Shown piece by piece: positions 17,121 to 26,084 of a stretch of DNA of 64,000 nt; the first letter of the stretch is position 1; every line of letters begins with the position of its first letter. Location of the stretch: NCBI GenBank assembly GCA_963848115.1, contig CAWKCP010000024.1, positions 281,731-345,730 on the forward strand, read 5' to 3'. The position numbers and the translations under genes are program-made. The notes beneath the pieces were generated by a model. It searched no databases. It worked only from the letters and a program-made list of their open reading frames with translations, and was not told the DNA's origin. The DNA comes from an uncultured Chloroflexia bacterium. Its GTDB lineage: Bacteria > Chloroflexota > Anaerolineae > Caldilineales > Caldilineaceae.

Positions 17121-17189
17121 GCTTCGATGTGCCCTCAGGTACCCGTCCAGAAGGATGTCTTTCGATCCAGTTCCACGCAGGAGACAGAC

Positions 17190-18077
17190 ATGGATGCAAA
17201 TCATCGTGATGTAGATACGTTTATGGACGAGAATCCAGGGTCGAAGTCACGGGTGGCCGGCTCTCTAGACTCGCTGGCGAATTGGCCCTGGTGGATGCTG
17301 CTCGGGCTAGGGATTGCGTTCTACATCATCTTTCTCATCATCACCGATGAGCAGATGAACAGCACGTTCTGGTTTATCTCCGGGCAATCGCCTGAGGATC
17401 TGAGCGCCGGACGAATCGTCTTCAAGGGCCTCGCCGTATCGGTCTTCGTGGCCGTCGTGGCCTATTCGATATCGTTGTGTATCGGTCTGATCATGGGCCT
17501 AATGCGCACTTCGTCGAACCCCATCCTGTACAATATTTCATCATTTTACGTCGAAATCGTGCGTGGCATCCCCATGTTGGTGCTTCTGCTCTACATCGCC
17601 TTTGCTCTAACACCGCTCTTTGTTCAATTCCTCAATCTGATCGGGATCCCGATCTCTACACGAGATATCCCTGGCGTCATGCGCGCCATTGCGGCGCTTG
17701 CCATTGGCTACGGCGCCTTCTCGGCTGAGATCTTCCGCGCCGGCATCCAGTCAATCGAACCGGGACAGCATGAAGCTTCCCGAGCACTGGGCATGAACTA
17801 CTTCCAGACCATGCGTTTGATAATCTTGCCGCAGGCAGTCCGACGCGTGTTGCCGGCGCTGGGCAATGATTTCATTGCCATGGTCAAGGATTCGTCGCTG
17901 GTGGCCATTCTGGGCGTCCAGGATCTGACCCAGTTGACGCGGCTCTACTACAGCAGCAATTTCCTCTACATGCAGTCGCTCACCATGCTGGCCTTCATCT
18001 ATCTGGTCATGGTCGTCTTGCTCACGCGACTAGTTCGCTATATGGAGCGCCGACTCAACACCGCCTACCTTACATAG
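17190..18077 (+). CDS. Amino acid ABC transporter permease (His/Glu/Gln/Arg/opine family)
   Basis: EIVRGIPMLVLLLYIAF and EASRALGMNYFQTMRLIILPQA...DFIAMVKDSSLV motifs. AGGAG precedes ATG 17190. Confidence 0.9.
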   Translation: MDANHRDVDTFMDENPGSKSRVAGSLDSLANWPWWMLLGLGIAFYIIFLIITDEQMNSTFWFISGQSPEDLSAGRIVFKGLAVSVFVAVVAYSISLCIGLIMGLMRTSSNPILYNISSFYVEIVRGIPMLVLLLYIAFALTPLFVQFLNLIGIPISTRDIPGVMRAIAALAIGYGAFSAEIFRAGIQSIEPGQHEASRALGMNYFQTMRLIILPQAVRRVLPALGNDFIAMVKDSSLVAILGVQDLTQLTRLYYSSNFLYMQSLTMLAFIYLVMVVLLTRLVRYMERRLNTAYLT

Positions 18078-18179
18078 CTGCGATTTCGCCGTCGACTGGA
18101 TGGAGGAACATCGTGATTTCAGCGCGGACAAACAGGGATGAATTCACATCGAGAATTTCTGACAATGGTTCTTCAGTGC

Positions 18180-18950
18180 TCAGAGCCACAACCCCTGCTT
18201 CTGCAACGTCTCGACCAGCATCTCGCTGACGCGCTGATGCAATTCCTTGGAATATTTGAACTCGGATGTGTAGTAGTCGGTGACTTTCGTGATTCTGGCC
18301 TCGGCCAACTTTGTGCGTACCGATTCAATTGCCGTGTAGCGCGCCCATGCCGTCTCTTCTCGTTCAGCATGCGTCTGGCGGATCTCCTCGTCGGATAGTT
18401 GTCGGTATTGCTCTTGATGTACCATCACATCCAGTGGCAGGCGGCCACGCAATTCCGGCTCTTCTGCAGGATAGCCGATGACCAGACTTGTGACCGGGAA
18501 CACCTCTTGGGGCAGCTTCAAGAGATCGATGATCTGGTCGGCGGCCCACCAGGTGGTGCCCATGTAGCAGATGCCTAACCCCACTGATTCGGCGGCCAGA
18601 CAGACGGTCTGCGCCGCGATCACGGCATCGACGGTTCCCGTCAGGAACCCCAGGAAATCGTCGAAACTCTGTTTTGAGTCGTTGACTCGAATCCACTCGC
18701 GCATGCGAAAAAGGTCTGCACAGAAGGTGAGGACCACCGGCGCCTCCAAAACCATCGACTGCTCCAGGTGGGCGTGATACAGTTGCTTCTTTTTCTCCTC
18801 ATCCCTGGTCACAATTACAGACCAGGTCTGCATGTTGCCGGAACTGGAACTGCGTAGACCGGCGAGCAACAGATCGTTTAGCAGCGCGTTATCGATGTCT
18901 TGGTCGGTGAACGATCGAATGGAGCGATGTGCTTTGGCGAGGTCGAGCAT
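18180..18950 (-). CDS. Nitroreductase family protein (NfsA/FRP-like) with C-terminal extension
   Basis: HRSIRSFTDQ and SSSGNMQTWSVIV motifs. Start taken at ATG 18950 (MLDLAKAH). The ORF-track start 19160 adds 70 non-family residues. Confidence 0.85.
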   Translation of the reverse strand: MLDLAKAHRSIRSFTDQDIDNALLNDLLLAGLRSSSSGNMQTWSVIVTRDEEKKKQLYHAHLEQSMVLEAPVVLTFCADLFRMREWIRVNDSKQSFDDFLGFLTGTVDAVIAAQTVCLAAESVGLGICYMGTTWWAADQIIDLLKLPQEVFPVTSLVIGYPAEEPELRGRLPLDVMVHQEQYRQLSDEEIRQTHAEREETAWARYTAIESVRTKLAEARITKVTDYYTSEFKYSKELHQRVSEMLVETLQKQGLWL

Positions 18951-19272
18951 TTCGTGTCTCCTACTTCTGTTTGGGTTGCTATCCGCTGTCGTTCTGTTCA
19001 GCATACCCCTGTTGCCCTTTCCCGGCAGAATTGAGACACAGTGGTTTTCGGTTTGAGGGAGACCGTTATGAGGACAGGGCGGCGCTTGTTGTGGAAGTTC
19101 AATTGTCCGCTCACCACAGCGGTCAACCGCAAGGGTCGCCCCTACGAAATCATGGTTCATGGATGGGATGCGGAATGGCCGGATTGGGCGAATTCTCGCG
19201 GATAGACTTCAAGTTAGAAATAGAGCAATGTCCAGGCGCTAGCAAATCGATTGTGGGTGGATCGAGGACTGG

Positions 19273-19304
19273 TTGCAGCAATGTTTCCAATGTGCTAACA
19301 TTGC
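19273..19304 (+). promoter_or_regulatory. Promoter with embedded inverted repeat (probable TA operator)
   Basis: TTGCAG (19273-19278), a 17-nt spacer, then TAACAT (19296-19301). The inverted repeat is GCAATGTT (19278-19285) / AACATTGC (19297-19304). The ATG at 19308 is 6 nt after the -10, which implies a leaderless mRNA. Confidence 0.5.
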
Positions 19305-19307
19305 TTC

Positions 19308-19565
19308 ATGTATGATATCGTCTTCACCAAACAGGCAGACAGAGCGCTCCGCAAAATGCCGCGCAATGTGGCGAAGCGGATTCGAAGCAAGCTCGACGAT
19401 CTGGCCATGGACCCATACGGCCCGAACCATGCCGTGACAAGATTGCAGGGGCGTTCGGGGTACCGGTTACGTGTTGGCGATTGGAGAATCATCTACGAAC
19501 TCGAGGACGATATTTTGCGCATCGTTGTGATGAAAGTGGCTTCACGTGGTGAGGTGTATCGATGA
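19308..19565 (+). CDS. Type II toxin, RelE/ParE family
   Basis: 85 aa. YRLRVGDWRIIYELEDDILRIVVMKVASRGEVY is the classic RelE/ParE C-terminal pattern. 4-nt overlap with the downstream gene. Confidence 0.88.
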   Translation: MYDIVFTKQADRALRKMPRNVAKRIRSKLDDLAMDPYGPNHAVTRLQGRSGYRLRVGDWRIIYELEDDILRIVVMKVASRGEVYR

Positions 19566-19939
19566 CAGTACAGTTGATTGAAAAGAACGGAAAACCTGAG
19601 TGGGCTGTGATTCCTTTCGAGGAGTATGAAAAACTGATTGCCTCGGCTGAGATGCTCGAAGATGTACGTGACTACGATCTTGCCAGGCAACGTATCCTGG
19701 ACGGAGAAGAATTGATTCCCAGTGATATCACTTACGCCATTCTGGACGGGGAAAATCCACTGCGCGTGTGGCGAGAATACCGCGGACTGACCCAACAGCA
19801 ATTGGCCGACCAGGCAGAGATCAGCAAGCCCTATGTGTCGCAAATCGAATCTGGAAAACGCATGGGCACGCCGGACGTCCTCAGTCGGCTCGCCCACGCG
19901 CTCGGTGTCTCGCTCGATGACATCCTCGACACACGATAA
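19562..19939 (+). CDS. Antitoxin: Phd/YefM-like N-terminal segment fused to an XRE-type HTH domain
   Basis: The N-terminus KPEWAVIPFEEYEKLIASAEMLEDVRDYD is antitoxin-like. The C-terminus WREYRGLTQQQLADQAEISKPYVSQIESGKR is an XRE HTH. Confidence 0.82.
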   Translation: MTVQLIEKNGKPEWAVIPFEEYEKLIASAEMLEDVRDYDLARQRILDGEELIPSDITYAILDGENPLRVWREYRGLTQQQLADQAEISKPYVSQIESGKRMGTPDVLSRLAHALGVSLDDILDTR

Positions 19940-20023
19940 CCTAATAGATGCGCGTGATGCCATCGTTCGAGACATCACGCAACGGAGTAAGAGTACGAGA
20001 TTCGATGAATAGACAAAGATGTG

Positions 20024-20046
20024 GGGACAGGTCCAAAACCTGTCCC
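20024..20046. terminator. Hairpin between convergent genes
   Basis: GGGACAGGT-CCAAA-ACCTGTCCC. Confidence 0.5.
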
Positions 20047-20071
20047 AACTTGATGTTCTTCCAGTGATTTC

Positions 20072-21320
20072 CTATCCTCGAATATCCTTCAACACCACGC
20101 CGTCCTGCATGACGACCTTGATGTTTTCTACATTCTCCAGCGAGCGGATGTCCGCCAGCGGATCGGCTCCCACAACCACAACGTCGGCCAGCTTGCCCGG
20201 CTCCAGCGTGCCCAGCCGATCCTGCCATTGCAGGCACTCGGCCGCCACTTTGGTGGTGGCCACGATCGATTCCATGGGGCTCATGCCGATGTTGCACATC
20301 AGGCCAAGCTCGCGCAGGTTGGTGCCGTGGGGCATGACGCCGGCATCGGTGCCCATGGCGATCTTGACACCTGCCCGATAGGCCCTGGCAATGCTCTCGC
20401 GGTGGGCGTCGATGGCCTCACGCGCTTTGCGCAGACCATAGTCGGGCATCGTGCCGGTGGCTTCACCGATCTCGACGACGGCCAGCGGCGCCAGCAATGT
20501 CGGCACCAGGAAGGTTCCCCGCTCCAGCATCAGATCGATGACCTCGTCATCCAGATAGATGCCATGCTCAATGGAGTGGATGCCGGCCTCAACCGCGTTC
20601 TTGATGCCCTCCAAGCCCTGGGCGTGGGACATGACCTTGACGCCGCGCCGATAGGCCGCCTCTTGCACGATGACCTTCAGTTCTGCCGGCGAGAACTGGG
20701 TGAACTCGGGGTGATCGGTGGGGCTGAGCACGCCGCCGGTGGAACAGATCTTGACCACTTCGGCCCCGGCACGCAACACCTCGCGCACTTTCTTGCGCAC
20801 TTCCTCCACCCCGTCGCAGATCGAGTCCGGCATGCCGGGATAGGGCGGCATCAGGTTGAACGTCGACCCGGAGGCCATCCAGCCGTCGCCGTGGCCGCCG
20901 GTGATGCTCAGCGCCGTGATACTGATCTGCATGCGCGGGCCGGCGACCAGCCCCTGCTCGACCGCAGTCTTGACGCCCAGATCGGCCCCGCCTGCATCGC
21001 GCACGCTGGTGATGCCGGCGTCCAGGGTGTTGCGCATGTGCCTGGCAGCTTCATAGAACTTGAGCGAGAAGGGCGACGTCATCATCTTGGGGATGTTGAC
21101 GCCTTCGATCATCATATGGACATGGGTGTCGATGAACCCTGGCAGGATCGTTCCACCCTGCGCGTCGATGACCGCAACATCATCTTCGGGCACGGCGACA
21201 TCTGCGCTTGTGCCCACCTGCTTTGATGACGTTATCTTCAACCAACACGGCAGCATCTCGCACCGGTGTGCCGCCGTTTCCGTCAATCAGTGTGCCGTTA
21301 CGAAACAGTGTATAGCTCAT
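20072..21320 (-). pseudogene. Metal-dependent amidohydrolase (COG1228-like), interrupted by a one-base frameshift
   Basis: The N-terminal piece MSYTLFRNGTLIDGNGGTPVRDAAVLVEDNVIK (ATG 21320, GAGGG RBS) and the body QVGTSADVAVPEDDVAVIDAQGGTILPGFIDTHVHMM... (ORF 20072-21286) are in frames offset by one base at TTT 21222-21224. Confidence 0.85.
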
Positions 21321-21353
21321 GATTCCCTCAACATCAATGGAAAAAAAGAGGAA

Positions 21354-21460
21354 CCACAGATAAACGCAGATGGGCACAGGTTTTCACAGATGCTCAAATA
21401 GGAACACTATCCTCTAGAACTATCTGTGTCCCATCCGTGCCCATCTGCGTCCATCTGTGG
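21354..21460. repeat. Hairpin element with arms made of four 10-nt CACAGATG-type units
   Basis: Left arm: CCACAGATAA ACGCAGATGG GCACAGGTTT TCACAGATGC (21354-21393). Right arm: TATCTGTGTC CCATCCGTGC CCATCTGCGT CCATCTGTGG (21421-21460), a near reverse complement. The spacer is 27 nt. Confidence 0.8.
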
Positions 21461-21471
21461 CTAATAATATT

Positions 21472-22656
21472 CTATTCAAGTTCACCCATCACAAATCGTC
21501 GCGCGGTCTCGGCCAGCACGGCAGAGCCCAGCGGGAAGACCTCTTCATCGATGGCGAAGAGGGGCGTGTGATGGTTGCCGCCATTCGGAACCTGTGCGCC
21601 CAGCATGAACATGGCCCCCGGCGCGGCCTGGGCCATGTAGGCGAAGTCCTCTGCGCCCATACCAAAGGGTTCGTCGATGACGTTCTCCACACCGCCTAAC
21701 TCGGCAGCCACCTCGCGCATCCAGTTGTTGACCTGGACGTCGTTGTAGAGCGAGGGGTAGCCCTTGGTCAGCACAAACTCGTAGGAGCCGCCCATTACCT
21801 CGGCAAGTCTGAAGCATTGCTCCAACTCGGCCCACAACTTCTCGCGGATTTCCTGTTTGAAGCTGCGGATTGTGCCCTGGATGTAGACTTCGTTGGGAAC
21901 GACGTTGGGGGCGGCGCCGCCGCTGATCTCGCCCAAGCTAATCACGCACTGTTCCAGTGGATTGATGCGGCGCGACGGGATGCCGTAGACTGCGGGCAAA
22001 ATGACGCTGAGCATGTAGAATGGGTCTGTACCCTCGTGGGGGTAGGCCCCGTGGCTGCCGGTGGCCCGGATCCGGACCTCGAAGCTGTCCACGGCAGCCA
22101 GGCTATACTCGTCATCGAAATGCATCGTGCCCGACTCTTGCATCGAGGCCACATGTAGGGCGATGACCTTGTCGACACCGACCATGGCGTCGTCGGTCAG
22201 CATGGCCGTGGCCCCGCTGACGCCTTCGGCGTCGAACGCTTCTTCGGACGGCTGGAAGAGCAGACGCACATTGCCCTGCCATTTTTCGCCCTCTTCGACA
22301 TAGCTCTGCTGAAGCAGATGCGCTACGCCCAACAACATGGCCGTGTGGGCATCGTGACCGCAGGCGTGCATGACGCCAGGATTCTCGGAGGCGAAGGGAA
22401 CATCAACCGCCTCCTGGATGGGCAGCGCGTCCATGTCGCCGCGAATGCCGATGGTCGGCCCCTCGCCGCTGCCGATCTGTGCGACGACGCCGGTGCGGCC
22501 TACGCCGGTACGCACGTTTTCGATGCCGATCTCGGCCAACGTGTCGGCCACAAGCTGGGCCGTACGAAACTCCTGGAAGCTCAGTTCCGGATGGGCGTGG
22601 ATGTCCCGCCGCAGTCGGATGATCTCGTCTTTGAGGGCATTTGCTTGGTCGAGCAT
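21472..22656 (-). CDS. M20D family amidohydrolase (N-acyl-amino acid deacylase / hippurate hydrolase type)
   Basis: IHAHPELSFQE and MHACGHDAH metal-ligand motifs. 394 aa, typical of M20D. Confidence 0.9.
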   Translation of the reverse strand: MLDQANALKDEIIRLRRDIHAHPELSFQEFRTAQLVADTLAEIGIENVRTGVGRTGVVAQIGSGEGPTIGIRGDMDALPIQEAVDVPFASENPGVMHACGHDAHTAMLLGVAHLLQQSYVEEGEKWQGNVRLLFQPSEEAFDAEGVSGATAMLTDDAMVGVDKVIALHVASMQESGTMHFDDEYSLAAVDSFEVRIRATGSHGAYPHEGTDPFYMLSVILPAVYGIPSRRINPLEQCVISLGEISGGAAPNVVPNEVYIQGTIRSFKQEIREKLWAELEQCFRLAEVMGGSYEFVLTKGYPSLYNDVQVNNWMREVAAELGGVENVIDEPFGMGAEDFAYMAQAAPGAMFMLGAQVPNGGNHHTPLFAIDEEVFPLGSAVLAETARRFVMGELE

Positions 22657-22762
22657 GGTGGTTTCTCCTGGCTGTATCTGTTTGATGTTAGGTTTTTGCC
22701 ACAGATGGACACTGAGAAATAAATGGTTTGGGTGTGTTCAAAACGGGTTGAATTGTTTGGCC

Positions 22763-22797
22763 GTTGGCGACGGGCGGCCACAAGGGCACGCCCCTAC
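22763..22797 (-). repeat. 35-nt REP-like element, copy 1
   Basis: The minus-strand reading is GTAGGGGCGTGCCCTTGTGGCCGCCCGTCGCCAAC. Its TAG is the stop codon of the upstream gene (22794-22796). Confidence 0.8.
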
Positions 22798-23786
22798 TGA
22801 TCGCCGGCCAATGTCGCGAAGGTGGCCACATCGATGTTGGCTCCGCAGACGATGACGCCGACGCGCTGGCCGCGCAAACGCTCGCGTAGTGGGCCGCAGA
22901 GGGCGGCCGTGGCCGCGGCGCCGGCCGGCTCGACGGCCAGTTTCATGCCGCGGAAGAGCAGGGCCATGGCCGCGCGGATTTGATCGTCGTCGATCATGAC
23001 CAACTCGTCGACAAACTGACGGCAGACGGCCATGGAATAGGGCATGGTGTAGGGAGCGCCCAGACTGTCAGCGATGGTGCGCACCTTGTCGATGGCTGCG
23101 GTTTCACCACTGGCGAAGCTGCGGTGCATGGTGTCAGCGCCTTCCGGTTCTACGCCGAAGACTCGACACTTGGGCTGCAACTGCTTCACCGCTGTGGCGA
23201 TGCCGGCCAGCAACCCGCCGCCGCCGATAGGCACGATGACGGCGTCCATGTCGGGAATCTGCCGGCACCACTCAAGGCCGACCGTGGCCGTGCCCAAAAT
23301 GGTCTTGGGCCCTTCGAAGGGATGGACGAAGAGCCGTCCCTCTTCCTCCTCGATCTGACGCACACGCTCGAATGCTTGATGGATATCCGGCATCAACTCG
23401 ACGGTGGCTCCGTAGGCACGACAGGCTGCGACGCGCGCCGGGTTGGCGTTCTGTGGCATGACCACTTTGGCGTCCGTGCCCAGGATCTTGGCGGCGTAGG
23501 AGACGGCAATGGCGTGATTGCCGGCGCTGATGCCGGTTACGCCACGTGACAGCGCATCAGCATCCATGTCGAGCATGTTGCTGAGCGCGCCACGCGGCTT
23601 GAAGGTGCCGGTTCGCTGAAAGAGTTCCAATTTGAGAAAGACCTCGGTCTCCTCATCGAGCGCCTCGTTCAGCTCTTGGTTGTCCCAACGCCAGACTGGT
23701 GTCTCGACCACATAGGGATCGATGCGTTCTCTCAGCGTCTGGATTTCATCGATGGTAGGGGTCTTGAGATCGCCTGATTCACTCAT
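22794..23786 (-). CDS. PLP-dependent threonine/serine dehydratase-like enzyme (PALP fold, no ACT domain)
   Basis: FLKLELFQRTGTFKPRGA (PLP-lysine motif), SAGNHA and the PIGGGGLLAG glycine loop. Start at ATG 23786 with a GAGGAAG RBS. Confidence 0.88.
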   Translation of the reverse strand: MSESGDLKTPTIDEIQTLRERIDPYVVETPVWRWDNQELNEALDEETEVFLKLELFQRTGTFKPRGALSNMLDMDADALSRGVTGISAGNHAIAVSYAAKILGTDAKVVMPQNANPARVAACRAYGATVELMPDIHQAFERVRQIEEEEGRLFVHPFEGPKTILGTATVGLEWCRQIPDMDAVIVPIGGGGLLAGIATAVKQLQPKCRVFGVEPEGADTMHRSFASGETAAIDKVRTIADSLGAPYTMPYSMAVCRQFVDELVMIDDDQIRAAMALLFRGMKLAVEPAGAAATAALCGPLRERLRGQRVGVIVCGANIDVATFATLAGDQ

Positions 23787-23877
23787 GCATTCTTCCTCTT
23801 TATTTTGCTCAAATGGATCTGTTTCTGTGTTGGTCAACGACAAGCTGGAATGAAACAATGGCTCGATTGGACAAGCG

Positions 23878-23899
23878 GAGACGCAAAATCTTGCGTCTC
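23878..23899. terminator. Short GC hairpin in the intergenic spacer
   Basis: GAGACGCAA-AATC-TTGCGTCTC. Confidence 0.35.
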
Positions 23900-23966
23900 T
23901 ACGGTTTTACCATCTTGCTGACCAATACAAAATGGACGTGATTCAAATGAGCCGGTCTGATTGACT

Positions 23967-24001
23967 GTTGGCGGCGGGCGGCCACAAGGGCACGCTCCTA
24001 C
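23967..24001 (-). repeat. 35-nt REP-like element, copy 2
   Basis: The minus-strand reading is GTAGGAGCGTGCCCTTGTGGCCGCCCGCCGCCAAC. It begins 15 nt after the S9 peptidase stop. Confidence 0.8.
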
Positions 24002-24015
24002 CCTACAGGCTCAAC

Positions 24016-26008
24016 TCATTTGGAACATGACCGCACATATCGGTCCATCCAACCCAGTAACGCCTTGTTCTGGGCGCGTCGCAGCTTGGGCGGTCCTGCG
24101 ATGGCGCCGTTGTGCGAGCCACCCGGTAGGCGCAACATCTCCACCAGGCAGCCGTTGGCTTTGAGCACATTGTAGAACTGCTCAGACTGTTCGGCCGGGC
24201 AGCGCCAGTCGCTTTCGCATTGGACCAGCAGCGTGGGCGTTGTGCAGCGATGGGCATAGGTAATGGGTGAGCATTTGACATAAGTTTCCGGAATCTCGTG
24301 TGGATGTCCGCCCAGTTGTTCCACACTGAACCAGACGCCGATGTCGCTGACGCCGTAGAAGCTGAGCCAGTTGGTCACCGGGTTTTCAGGCACGGCCGCC
24401 TTGAAACGATCTGTCTGGCCCACGATCCAGCATGTAAGGTTGCCGCCGCCTGAGAGACCCGCAGACGCCCAATCGATCCGGGTCCGCCCAGCCGCAGGCA
24501 ATGGCTTCATCGACGCCGGCCATCAGATCGGCATAGTCGAGGGTGCCCCAGTCGCCCTTGATGGCCGTGGAGAATGCATCGCCATAGCCGGTCGAGGCGC
24601 GATGGTTGATCATAAGCACGCCATACCCAGCGCCCACCAGCATCTGCATGTCGAAATGGTAGAGGTGGCCGAAGGCGCTGTGGGGCCCGCCGTGGATATA
24701 GAGCACCGTTGGGACCGGATTCGACACCCCGTCCGGCAGCAGCATCCAGCCTTCGACGGAGACATCATCGACGCTCTTGAAGATGAAATGCTCGACCTGC
24801 GGCGGCGCGAGTTCGCCAAGGGCGTCGGCGTTGATTGCCGTCAGCTGTCTTTCGGTATGATTGGATAGATCAAGCTCGAAGATGTTGAGCGGGTCATGGA
24901 GCGTTGAAACCAGAGCGAAGAGCCGATCGCCGGCAGGACTCAATGCCAACGGCAGGCAGGAGCGGTCTCCGTCCATGACTGGACTGAACGACTCTTCTCC
25001 GCTCAGAGCAACGCGCCAGATCTGAATTGTCCCGCCCATCTGAACCTTCACGTAGGCGAAGTCCCCATCTGATGAAACGGGCAAGGCATTAGCGGTGAAG
25101 AAGGCCGCTGCCGGCATATCCGGCTGCATGCGGCCGCCGACACCGACGGGAAAGCCTGCCGTGCGCTTCTCGGGCAAACCACCCTCAGAATCGACGATGA
25201 AGAGGTCGGATTTGCTGCCGATCGGCAGGCCCTTGGCTTGGCCGACGAATGCGACATGCCGGCTGTCCGGCAACCAGGATGCCATCGGCGAAGCGTCACC
25301 CCATTGGGCGCTGACGAATACATCGACTTCCGGCATGGAGACGCTCGCGTCAGAGAGGTCAATTACAGCCAGTTCAGGCGCGTAGTTGGCATGGGTATCC
25401 GGCCGCATACCGACCGTGAAGAGCAGACGCCTGCCGTCCGGTGACCAACGAGGAGCGGTGTTGTGATTCACGTCGTCGGTTAGTTGCCGGATGCCGCCGT
25501 CAGCGACGCTCACCAGGTAGAGATCCTGAATGAGTGCATCAAGGTAGCCCATGCCATCGAACCGATATACATGCCGTGTGACACGATACGGCGCAGTCGG
25601 GTCGACCGGCGCCTCACGTCCTTTCGTCGCGGAGAAAGCGATCGAAGAACCGTCGGGCGACCAGTCCGGCCCGCCGGCCACGCCCTGGGGCAGAGTGGTC
25701 AGTTGATGGGCCTCGCCGCCATTTAGTGAAAGCAGGTAGATCTGCGTCTGCTCGCCGCTGTCAGATAGAAAGGCCAGTGTTTGTCCGTCAGGTGACCATG
25801 CAGGCTGCGTGTTACTGCCCGTTCCATAGGTCAGCTGACGTATGGAGCCACTCTTACCGTCAAGCAACCAGATGTTCTGGAAATCCATGTCGCTGTCCGC
25901 GTCATATTCGGAGAGTGCATAGGCGATCTGTGTGCCGCTAGGCGATGGAGCGACTGAATGGAGAAAGCTGAGGCTGAAGAGGTCGTCTGACGACACGGGG
26001 CGAGACAT
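24016..26008 (-). pseudogene. S9 family serine peptidase (beta-propeller plus alpha/beta hydrolase), interrupted by a one-base frameshift in the catalytic motif
   Basis: The propeller and early hydrolase domain are in ORF 24386-26068 (start likely ATG 26008, MSRPVSSDD). The remainder (LSGGGNLTCWIVGQTDRFKAAV...) is in ORF 24016-24510. The frames are offset by one base at CCC 24458-24460. Confidence 0.85.
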
Positions 26009-26084
26009 AGGATGCTCCGAATGTTGTGATAGAAGCGAGATTCTGATGCGGTGACTATCGTTGCCCATTAGCGTGGCAATCGCG

